From a virus (lineage: Duplodnaviria; Caudoviricetes), in the IMG/VR virus record IMGVR_UViG_3300037461_000766, positions 1 through 46,523 of that record: DNA of 46,523 bases. One strand, given 5' to 3'. Below, one piece after another: positions 16,467-24,341 of this stretch. Under the pieces are notes generated by a model. It saw nothing but the letters and a program-made list of their open reading frames with translations. It did no database searches and had not been told where the DNA came from. The translations under genes were made by a program, and so were the position numbers. The stretch's first letter is position 1, and every line of letters starts with the position of its first letter.

Positions 16467-17763
16467 TCGGTATCTTCCGCTGCCCGTTGAACTGAATCGT
16501 GTTCTTGTGCAGGAGGCAGTCTTCCCACGTGCGCGCGCACGAGGAGAGCCCTCCGGAGTTGAAACGGATGTACTCAAAGATCCCGCCCACGCGATCTGTG
16601 CCATCGTCCGAGCTGGCGACGGCGAGACCGATCCGCGCCTCTGTCGGCAGCGTCAAGGTTTGGGTCGAGCGTTGCGTCCAGGCGTCCGCTGACTGTGCCT
16701 TGGAGTAGCAGGTCCAGGCGTCGCCCACGCGAGTGAGCCTCAGATACAGGTCCGTCGCAGCGATCGTCGTGTCGGCAGAAACGCTGTCCGTGGTCACTCG
16801 CTTCAGGAGCTGCCGACTCCCGGACCCGTTGTCCTGAGTCGCCCACAGAAGCCATGTGCTCACGGGTGCCGGGGGCGGGTTCTCCTCTTCCGGATCCGGA
16901 GCCGCTGTGGTGACGTCCTGGGCGAGGAATCCAATCGTCCACCCAGCACGATCCGTGATCAGCGTCTGGATGAACGTCTCGACGTCAAAGTCCCCCGAAA
17001 TGTAGCGGTAGAGATACGGCCCATGCCGGAACTCGTCCTCCCATGCCGCGTACTGATTCTGGCTTTCCATCTTGAGCCGGCCAGACACGTTCGACTCGAA
17101 CTCGCTCGAGCGCGTTGCCTGCTGCGTGTACCACCCGTGCAGACGTTCCTTCTCGACGTTCGCAGCGCCAACCTTGTAGTCCTGCTCTGTAGATGCGCCG
17201 AACTCGTTGCTCGGATAGCGGCACCAGTTTCCGGCCACGTGCCGATCCTGGTAGGAGTTGTAGCAGCGCCGCCGATCGTAGAAGAGCTTCGGGAACTTCA
17301 TCTCGAAGAGGTTCCGAAGTCCCAAGACAAGGCTCACTGAAGGTGGCCGCTGAATGATCACCGTGGATTCGACCAGGAAGGTCTCGGTGATCGCGTCCTC
17401 TGGGTGATCCAGCCGATCGTAGTGGAGCAGCCACATCGTTACTGTCTGCCCCGAAAGCCCACGATACTGGTGCACGTAGAACGCTGCGCTGTGGTCGGGA
17501 TCGGCCACGGTGAGCGCGATCTGTGGCCGAAGCGTCTGCGAATTGTCCTCGATCGTCGTGCGAGTGATCCGACGAGCCGTGAACTCCTTGCCGTCAAAGG
17601 CGATCTTCTCGGGTGCCGCCAGGTTGGCCGCGGCATCCATGAAGTCGACGTAGCGAAGATAGGTCGAGTCCGGCAGAGCGAGCTCGTAAAGGGCGAGGAT
17701 CGGCGAGGGCTGGCGGAGCTGGTGGATCCTACCCTTCCAGAAATCGCTCAGGGTCAACGTCAT
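16447..17763 (-). CDS. Minor tail protein L-like with an inserted beta-sandwich domain
   Basis: gpL-like N-terminus and four cysteines (RRCY, WCRY, SSCARTWEDC); ~220-aa insert with GDFDVET, YLRLTRVGD.WTCYS, IGLAVAS. Confidence 0.8.
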   Translation of the reverse strand: MTLTLSDFWKGRIHQLRQPSPILALYELALPDSTYLRYVDFMDAAANLAAPEKIAFDGKEFTARRITRTTIEDNSQTLRPQIALTVADPDHSAAFYVHQYRGLSGQTVTMWLLHYDRLDHPEDAITETFLVESTVIIQRPPSVSLVLGLRNLFEMKFPKLFYDRRRCYNSYQDRHVAGNWCRYPSNEFGASTEQDYKVGAANVEKERLHGWYTQQATRSSEFESNVSGRLKMESQNQYAAWEDEFRHGPYLYRYISGDFDVETFIQTLITDRAGWTIGFLAQDVTTAAPDPEEENPPPAPVSTWLLWATQDNGSGSRQLLKRVTTDSVSADTTIAATDLYLRLTRVGDAWTCYSKAQSADAWTQRSTQTLTLPTEARIGLAVASSDDGTDRVGGIFEYIRFNSGGLSSCARTWEDCLLHKNTIQFNGQRKIPNDRARM

Positions 17764-18449
17764 ACCCACACCTCCCGCCACGTCATCTCGATCTGCCAGC
17801 GGTTGGAGCGGTACTTCGTCTCCCTGAGCTTGCCGACCAGGCGCCACTTAAGCGCCGGACGCAACGTATTCGCGGCAGGCGCTTGCGGGGTTAAGGTGAC
17901 CATGCCCGTGATCGGCTCGACCCACTGCCGGCTGCCAGAGATCGTGTCCTGGAGGCATTCCTCGCCGGCCGTCTCGTGGGCGTAGACGCGCCACTTGGTG
18001 ACGCCGGCCGGCAGGTAGGGGACCTCGACGTCCAGGACGGATCCGGCGGCCACGGTCTGAGAACTCGCCGGCGAGGGCTTCGTCTCCTGGCCGGTCACCG
18101 AATCATACCACGTGTGGCGGACGTAGTAGGTGCGCTGGGTCCCTGGGGCTCCAGACTTGACCTCCTGATCGAGCGTCGGCCCTGCGTGCAAAGGGCACCA
18201 GATCGGATCCGTAGATCGCCAGATGAAGGCCCCTGCTGGCCCCAGTTGCGAGTGGAAGAAGCTCAAGAAGTAGTCGCGCTGATCAGCCGTGACGCCCAGG
18301 AAGCTGACCTGCACCTCGCGGATCGGACGAATCCCGAGTGGGATCACCTGCTCATAGGGCTTCTCTGGCTCAAAGGTAGATACGGGCCAGTCGTAGTCCG
18401 TCGGCAGCGAGAAAGACGGATTGATGCCAGGGAGGAACTCGAGCGTCAT
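17760..18449 (-). CDS. Distal tail protein (gpM-like) with an insertion
   Basis: Follows the tape measure gene; FF....G...AF.W pattern; ATGA overlaps at both ends. Confidence 0.7.
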   Translation of the reverse strand: MTLEFLPGINPSFSLPTDYDWPVSTFEPEKPYEQVIPLGIRPIREVQVSFLGVTADQRDYFLSFFHSQLGPAGAFIWRSTDPIWCPLHAGPTLDQEVKSGAPGTQRTYYVRHTWYDSVTGQETKPSPASSQTVAAGSVLDVEVPYLPAGVTKWRVYAHETAGEECLQDTISGSRQWVEPITGMVTLTPQAPAANTLRPALKWRLVGKLRETKYRSNRWQIEMTWREVWV

Positions 18450-20557
18450 CGCCTCATCCCCCCTCGCACCACGCGATTGTCTTGGTACTGCCGCATGGCA
18501 ATGGTGCCGATCACGCTCGGCTGCCGCCCTGCCGACTCCTTGAAGTACGTGTCGAAGGACTTGGCGTCGATCGTCTGCACATAAAAGATCGTGGTCTGCC
18601 CACCTTGGGACAGCCCACCGTTGAGGACCTCGACGGGGATCCTCCTGTTCCCTGGCAGGGGGACCGCGGCCTCGACCAGGCCCGGCCGTTCGGCGATCAC
18701 GTGCGGCGAGCTGAAGATGCCGCCATACTGCCCACCCGGCAGATTCGAGGTCTGGCCGAGGTCGCCCACGTCGAAGGCACTGCCAGCCGGAGAACCCCCA
18801 GCCGCGGCCCCGCCGATTCCAGGGATCATGCCGATCGCCATCCCGATCAGACGTACGGCCACCATCTTCGACAGGATCTTGGCGAGGTCGTCCAGGACCC
18901 CCTTCGCCATCTCCTTGACGGCGGCCCCGAAGCTCTTCGCCCCGGTGATGATCGCGTAGAACCCGTTGGCCAGGTTATCGGAAAGCGCTTCGGCCACGTC
19001 GAGAATCGCCTTCTTCGCCTGGATGGAGAAGTCAGTCCACTCTTGATTGATCTTGTAGAGCGTCTCGCTGATCCCGCTCAGGAGACGATCAGTCTCGGTC
19101 AGGACCTTGTTGGTCTCCTTGACCGCCGCGGTCCCGGTGCCACCCGCTCCGCCGCGCTCCTCTGGCCGAGTCTTCGCACCGGCAAGCCGAAGTTGCGCCG
19201 CCGCTTGCCCCAAGAATCCCAAGGGTGCTTCCGGACCGACGAAGGCTTCATACCCGGGCACGTTCTTGTTGCCTTCGAGGTAGGCCAAGAGATGCGCCGC
19301 ATCCATGTGCGCCGTCTCGGCCGTCTGGTAGGCCTTGTAGTTCTCGCCGAACCGACCAGTGAGGGCCTCAGGGTGCAGGCGTACGTAGTCCTCGACCTCG
19401 CCCAGGATCTCGCCTTCTGGCTTCTGTGGGTAGGCGCCGAAGAGCTTCGCGAGCGTCGATCGATCCTCACTGTATGTCATCTTCGCGCCAATGGGCCCGA
19501 GCTCGCCCAGGGAGGCGATCAGGCGACCCTTGGCCTGATAGGACTCGTACTGCGCCGCGCCTAACTTGACCTTCGCTGCAAGCTCAGCGATCTTCGAGAA
19601 TGGCGTCCACAGTACGGAGAGCTGCGTCCCCAGTGCACGAAGAGCATCGATCAACGCAGGAATCGCTACTTGGGCTGCCTCGAGGATCCCGGCCCCCCAG
19701 TTAAAGATCGCCTGACGGTTCTCGTTGAACCACTTCGTGAACTTGACGGATAGGTCTCCGATGATCGGCAGGGCCGCCCGCTGGAGGTCCTCCCAGAAGT
19801 TCTTGAGCGTCGCCTTGAGCTTGCCCCACTTGTCGGCCGTGGTGTCGACGTCCTCGCCCATAGACGTCATGATGCTGCGGGCCTGACGGTAGAACTCCGT
19901 CATGAAGGCTTCGCGCTTCTCGGCCTCCGACAGCTCGCTGACGAGCTTCCCCTGCGCCGCGGCGTAGGCCTCCGTGGCCGCCTCCATTTTCAGGACGATG
20001 CCGAGGTTGTCCAGGATCTTGGGGCTCATGCGACCCATGCCGATCACGATGTCGTCCAGGGACTTGGCGGCGTCCTGCCCCATGGCGCGCCCGAGTCGAC
20101 GCGCTACGGTGGCAAGCAGATCGAGGTCCTCGACGCTTCGCGCGGCGCCAAGCATGATCGCCTTGTTCGCGGCCTCCATGAGCTCCATGTCGCTGGCCGT
20201 GCCCTTCAACGCCCCACGCAGATGATTGAGCACCGTGACGGAGTCGGACCCGATGCGCTTGACCAGATTCCCGAATGCCGTCTCGAGGTTCTCAACCTGG
20301 ACCGCGGCGTCGGCGAACCTGGTGGCCGCCCACGCAGCGCCTATGCCGACGAAAGCGGTTCGCAGGGAGAAAACAGAACTCAAGACGCCCCTGATCGGAT
20401 TCAGGACAGCCGCAAAGGCCGAGCTCATCCCGGTTCCGGCCACGGAAGCCGCGCGCTCGAGCTGCCCGATGTTCTTGCGGATTCGGTCGAGGTGGCCGGT
20501 CAGCTTATCGTCAAGGACAATGCCGACTTCAAGTTTCTTCTCGCCCGGACCTGGCAT
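18446..20557 (-). CDS. Tail tape measure protein
   Basis: 703 aa, helical, Ala/Gly/Leu-rich; GR.SPKILDNLGI motif; C-terminal GGIFSSP...ERPG.EAAVPL; follows G/GT. Confidence 0.9.
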   Translation of the reverse strand: MPGPGEKKLEVGIVLDDKLTGHLDRIRKNIGQLERAASVAGTGMSSAFAAVLNPIRGVLSSVFSLRTAFVGIGAAWAATRFADAAVQVENLETAFGNLVKRIGSDSVTVLNHLRGALKGTASDMELMEAANKAIMLGAARSVEDLDLLATVARRLGRAMGQDAAKSLDDIVIGMGRMSPKILDNLGIVLKMEAATEAYAAAQGKLVSELSEAEKREAFMTEFYRQARSIMTSMGEDVDTTADKWGKLKATLKNFWEDLQRAALPIIGDLSVKFTKWFNENRQAIFNWGAGILEAAQVAIPALIDALRALGTQLSVLWTPFSKIAELAAKVKLGAAQYESYQAKGRLIASLGELGPIGAKMTYSEDRSTLAKLFGAYPQKPEGEILGEVEDYVRLHPEALTGRFGENYKAYQTAETAHMDAAHLLAYLEGNKNVPGYEAFVGPEAPLGFLGQAAAQLRLAGAKTRPEERGGAGGTGTAAVKETNKVLTETDRLLSGISETLYKINQEWTDFSIQAKKAILDVAEALSDNLANGFYAIITGAKSFGAAVKEMAKGVLDDLAKILSKMVAVRLIGMAIGMIPGIGGAAAGGSPAGSAFDVGDLGQTSNLPGGQYGGIFSSPHVIAERPGLVEAAVPLPGNRRIPVEVLNGGLSQGGQTTIFYVQTIDAKSFDTYFKESAGRQPSVIGTIAMRQYQDNRVVRGGMRR

Positions 20558-20927
20558 CTTCCATCGCCGCCTTTCGTATCCTTGTCTCTTCCCTCAGCAC
20601 TCGACCGACCAGGTAGAAGAACGCACTCATAAACCACGCTGAGTGACGCTCGAAGTCCGTGGGCGTCCAGGCTCGTTTCCGACAAGACCAGACCATCCAG
20701 ACCACTGAGTAGATGTCTTCGACGTAGTCAGTGATCTGCGCTTCGGCTGGCCCCCAGAACTCAACGATTCCTTTACCATTGCAGATCAGGCAGTTCTCAT
20801 CGTTCCCGTCGCATCGGTAGCAGTCGGTTTCGCCGCCCTCGCCGGTGCCGTCTTTCCACCATCGCTTGAAGGTGGAGGAGACGGCGATCAGGAGTTTTTT
20901 CGGTCTTCCTCCGTGAGCCTCGAGCAA
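20529..20927 (-). CDS. Tail assembly chaperone GT extension (-1 frameshift product)
   Basis: Open in the -1 frame of gpG from the slippery site; no strong start of its own; contains CYRCDG...CLICNGKG. Confidence 0.75.
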   Translation of the reverse strand: MLEAHGGRPKKLLIAVSSTFKRWWKDGTGEGGETDCYRCDGNDENCLICNGKGIVEFWGPAEAQITDYVEDIYSVVWMVWSCRKRAWTPTDFERHSAWFMSAFFYLVGRVLREETRIRKAAMEDARSGREET

Positions 20928-21265
20928 CGCTCCAGAATCGGGTTGATCTCTTCCACCAGCGGATATATCGCTGCCATGCAGGGCGGCGTCAGTCGCCCGT
21001 CTCCGTCCTTCTCGATGACAATAGGGGTGCCGTCGTCGAAGTACAGATTCTCAACCGACTCTAGCATGGCCCCAAATCGGGTCCGTATGATGTCGAACCC
21101 GTTGAGTTGGCCCGACCTTTGAAGAAGGTCAATCTTGAGAAGTTGGCGGTACTGAGCTTCAGACGGCACCCGTATGTTCAGGACAGTCTGTTTTTCTGCG
21201 GGCTTGTCGCGATCGCTGGGGAGAATTTCTCGAACGGTCGCTCCTGGTTTGCGTAAGATCGCCAT
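20888..21265 (-). CDS. Tail assembly chaperone G
   Basis: Between the tail tube and tape measure genes; ends EEDRKNS at the slippery site; GGAGG RBS. Confidence 0.85.
   Translation of the reverse strand: MAILRKPGATVREILPSDRDKPAEKQTVLNIRVPSEAQYRQLLKIDLLQRSGQLNGFDIIRTRFGAMLESVENLYFDDGTPIVIEKDGDGRLTPPCMAAIYPLVEEINPILERCSRLTEEDRKNS
20894..20900 (-). other. Programmed -1 frameshift slippery site A AAA AAC
   Basis: GAC CGA AAA AAC TCC TGA at the end of gpG; the -1 frame reads K-L-L-I-A-V into the GT ORF. Confidence 0.85.
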
Positions 21266-21301
21266 GTCGACTCAACCTCCATGCTGCTTCTGTTGCTGCT
21301 C

Positions 21302-22471
21302 TTAGTGCTGCCAGATGTAGAGTTCGTTGTTGTTGGTCCCGCAAAGGATGATCTCGAGCGGGACTGTGGCCAGATTCCGACGAGCGCCGGCGCCCAGGTT
21401 CACAAACTGCGCCGTGTCGGCGTAGAACGTCCAGGTCGAGCCCGACGTACTGCCGAGCACCCACTCCATGGCGAACGTCGTCCCGGCGAACATCGTTGAG
21501 AAGTAGTTGTAGGTGGCGGCGCTCACCATGGCCGGGTCCAGGCGCAAGCGTGGATGCTCGCGCTGGTAGTCAGCAAACCTGACGCCATCTCCGGCGGAGT
21601 CGTTCGCGTCCTCACGGGCCTCAGGGCTAATCGGATATTCGAGCGAGAAATCGACCACGTCGCTGGGTGAGTAGACCCCGAATTTGAGGCTCGCATTCAG
21701 GAAGCGAGGGGCGGCCACGGACTCTTCTGGGTACGTCGCCAGCGTGAGAAGCGCCTCGTCGCCAGAACTTGAGTAGGCCCCCAAGAAGCTCTGCGAAATG
21801 GTGCAGGGGTGGCCGTTGCGGAACTGCATCGTCAGGTCGGCCAAGCAGCCGCGCGCCGTCCACTGATAGCCGTCCTGAAGCAATTTCGCCGTGACGTGAT
21901 GCTTTGAGTCGCTCACGCCGAAGTCCGAATCCGCCGGCTGGAAAACCATGCCATTCGCGGAGGGCGTGCTGCTCGTGGTCGCCGTGGCCGTGCTCGTGCC
22001 ACCAGTGATCACTTCGCCACTTTGGAAGGTGTTCGTCAGAGCGAAATATTTGATCTCGGATGCGCCATTCGCCGTGTTGCGAAACACCCGACCAGTGGCC
22101 GCGCTCGTCCCACCAGTGATCGTCTCTCCGTCCACGAAGGGCCCGGTAGTGATCGCGCCGATGCTGATCTTCTGCAGGTCGTAGCCCTTGAGCATGCTTG
22201 CCTCAAGGAGCGGCTTCGCGGCTGGATCGGTGCTCAGCCCGCCAGGGCCACGCAGCAGATAGGAGACCTTGAACCCAAGGGTCCGTCGACCGATCAGATT
22301 CGGCCGCTTGGAGCTCGTAGCCTGGACCTCTTGGCTGTCGATCGCCTCGAAGTTCGGCTCGATCGTGTCGCCGTCTCGAATGCGAACGAGCACTTCCGAT
22401 GACGTGATTGTTTCGGCGGTCCCTGGGGTTGTCTCAACCTTGGCAGCAAACTGGCGCTTGCTCGTCCTCAT
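21302..22471 (-). CDS. Major tail tube protein
   Basis: AKVETTPGT N-terminus typical of tube proteins; position before G/GT; internal duplicated GE.ITGGTS.AT module. Confidence 0.8.
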   Translation of the reverse strand: MRTSKRQFAAKVETTPGTAETITSSEVLVRIRDGDTIEPNFEAIDSQEVQATSSKRPNLIGRRTLGFKVSYLLRGPGGLSTDPAAKPLLEASMLKGYDLQKISIGAITTGPFVDGETITGGTSAATGRVFRNTANGASEIKYFALTNTFQSGEVITGGTSTATATTSSTPSANGMVFQPADSDFGVSDSKHHVTAKLLQDGYQWTARGCLADLTMQFRNGHPCTISQSFLGAYSSSGDEALLTLATYPEESVAAPRFLNASLKFGVYSPSDVVDFSLEYPISPEAREDANDSAGDGVRFADYQREHPRLRLDPAMVSAATYNYFSTMFAGTTFAMEWVLGSTSGSTWTFYADTAQFVNLGAGARRNLATVPLEIILCGTNNNELYIWQH

Positions 22472-22474
22472 TGC

Positions 22475-22948
22475 TCACTCCGGGTCAATTGGGGTCCTGG
22501 GATCTTTGAAGTCCACTCTGTAGCCGAGGGTCGCACCCACGGCGACCCCAACTTCTACCGTCTCGTCTCCCTCCGATACCGTGAAGAGGGTCGACTCAAA
22601 CTCTTCCCACGTGGCGCGGAAGGATGGATCGTCCTCCAACTGGCAGAGGGCGTGCTCAACATCGGCGCCGGCGTCGCTCTCGTAGATCTCCGTTGGAAGG
22701 CTCTCTGTTTCGTGCTCAAAGAGATAGACGAGAATCAGGAGTTCGACAGTAACGCTCCAGGCGCTGCCGCTGCGCTGCTTACGTTCAGCCGTCCTGAAGA
22801 CATGGATGCACGGCTTACTCGCCGTCGTCAGATCCTCTCGGTCGTAGCGCTGAACGTCGTACGTGGTGAAGGAGTACCCGCTGGTCTGATCGATGCCCTC
22901 AAGGGCTGTCGTCACGAGGTCGATCAGAGTTTCGGAGTACGGAGTCAT
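22475..22948 (-). CDS. Tail terminator (gpU-like)
   Basis: Acidic 157 aa; L.GI....GY and C-terminal Y.....DP; directly before the tube gene. Confidence 0.65.
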   Translation of the reverse strand: MTPYSETLIDLVTTALEGIDQTSGYSFTTYDVQRYDREDLTTASKPCIHVFRTAERKQRSGSAWSVTVELLILVYLFEHETESLPTEIYESDAGADVEHALCQLEDDPSFRATWEEFESTLFTVSEGDETVEVGVAVGATLGYRVDFKDPRTPIDPE

Positions 22949-23496
22949 GCCCTTTGAATTCGATCCACCATTCGGGTGAGCCCATCAGCAAGAGCCGTAT
23001 CGATCTCTGGCTGAAATCGCGTCCAAGAAGAAAGAAACTCCAGACGTTCTGGAAGACGCACTCGTCGAGCGAAGAGCATCGATCCAATGGGAGCCCCAGC
23101 CTTGCGCGCGTCCGCAGTCGTTCGCACGTGCACTTGCAGAAACTTTTTCCCCACTGGTCGAATCGTGGCCCCATACTCGTGGACGATCACGGCTCGATTC
23201 GTCGTGCCAAGGATCAGTCGCTTTCCCTGAACGGCCGACGTGCCCTTGAGGATCCCGAAAAAGCCCATGGCCCGCGCTTCAGGTGGGATCGAGATTCCGC
23301 GTCGCCTTCCTGATCGCTTCTTCCTCACCTGGATTCCAGCCCCACCATGAAGACGTGCGCGAGAGAATGCCGTCATGAAGAACGTCCCGACCTTCCGCAG
23401 CATCTTGTTGAGCTCAGTGCTGGCGTACCGCGGGGCCATAGACAGCATCAGCCCGACGCCGTGATCTATGACCTTGACAGAAAACCTAACGGCCAC
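22945..23496 (-). CDS. Neck/tail completion protein (virion morphogenesis family)
   Basis: Basic protein with GTTN..VIVHEYGATIRP motif; gene order. Confidence 0.65.
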   Translation of the reverse strand: MAVRFSVKVIDHGVGLMLSMAPRYASTELNKMLRKVGTFFMTAFSRARLHGGAGIQVRKKRSGRRRGISIPPEARAMGFFGILKGTSAVQGKRLILGTTNRAVIVHEYGATIRPVGKKFLQVHVRTTADARKAGAPIGSMLFARRVRLPERLEFLSSWTRFQPEIDTALADGLTRMVDRIQRA

Positions 23497-23830
23497 AATA
23501 GAGCTCCAATGAGACGCCGTCGTCAGTCAGGACTTCCTTCACTTCGTACTCGAGCCCACCCCATCGGACTTGATCTCGTTTTGGCCGAAGATTCGGAACG
23601 CTCGACTTCTTGACCGTCACGAAGATAGGAAACTCTCCTGTCCGCCCCATCACGCCGACCTTAAGAAAACCGTCTCTCGGGTTGCCCTGGTCGACCTGGT
23701 GCACCATGGCCCTGATCTGTAACCACGGCCCGGTCCCTGAATCTGCCACTCGCCGATACTCGATGATCTCGCTCGTGGGCCCGTTGAGGACACCCGTCCA
23801 GCACAAAGACTGCAGATCGGCGAACGACAT
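23486..23830 (-). CDS. Head-tail joining protein (gpFII-like)
   Basis: 114 aa; P.RDQV.WGGLEYEV.EVL.DDG pattern; follows DUF2190. Confidence 0.65.
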   Translation of the reverse strand: MSFADLQSLCWTGVLNGPTSEIIEYRRVADSGTGPWLQIRAMVHQVDQGNPRDGFLKVGVMGRTGEFPIFVTVKKSSVPNLRPKRDQVRWGGLEYEVKEVLTDDGVSLELYCGR

Positions 23831-23868
23831 CCACTCACCCTCATTCCACTCACGCCGTTCCGAGAATC

Positions 23869-23902
23869 GTTCCCTGGGCGGACATTTTGCCGCCCAGGGA
23901 AC
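23869..23902. other. Perfect 13-bp stem-loop after the head genes (attenuator or mRNA stability element)
   Basis: GTTCCCTGGGCGG-ACATTTTG-CCGCCCAGGGAAC; no downstream U-tract on the coding strand. Confidence 0.6.
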
Positions 23903-23923
23903 AAAAGCAGCGTGGAGGTATCC

Positions 23924-24274
23924 CTACGCTCCGTTCGGTCCGGGATACGCGTTGAGGACCACGTAGCCCGTCGTGTCGGACGAGCCGGCCGCCGCGGCGG
24001 CGATGCCGATTCGGTTGTTGCTCGTGGCCGTGGTCGTGCACCTGTTGTTGGTGTCGTCCCAGTAGACGATGCAGCCCATCGTCCACGCTTCGCCTGCGAG
24101 CTTCGTGACCTTAAAAAGGCCCTTGATCCAGGCGGCCACGCTCGAGCCGTTCGCCACGGCAGCCTTCAGCACGCAGCACAGCGCGCCAAAGGGCTTGATT
24201 CGACCGCTCACGAGATCGGCTCCCGCCACGTAGGTGACGGTGTCGACCTCGCCGTAAACCAGATTTTTCGACAT
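23924..24274 (-). CDS. DUF2190-family capsid cement protein
   Basis: G.F.V.K..GEAW..G..VYWD...CTTTA..N..IG.A...A signature; follows the capsid gene. Confidence 0.85.
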   Translation of the reverse strand: MSKNLVYGEVDTVTYVAGADLVSGRIKPFGALCCVLKAAVANGSSVAAWIKGLFKVTKLAGEAWTMGCIVYWDDTNNRCTTTATSNNRIGIAAAAAGSSDTTGYVVLNAYPGPNGA

Positions 24275-24341
24275 CTTCGTCCTCCGTCAAAGGCTTCTGT
24301 TTGTTGTCCCCACGAACTGCCCCACGGCTCCACCACCACGA

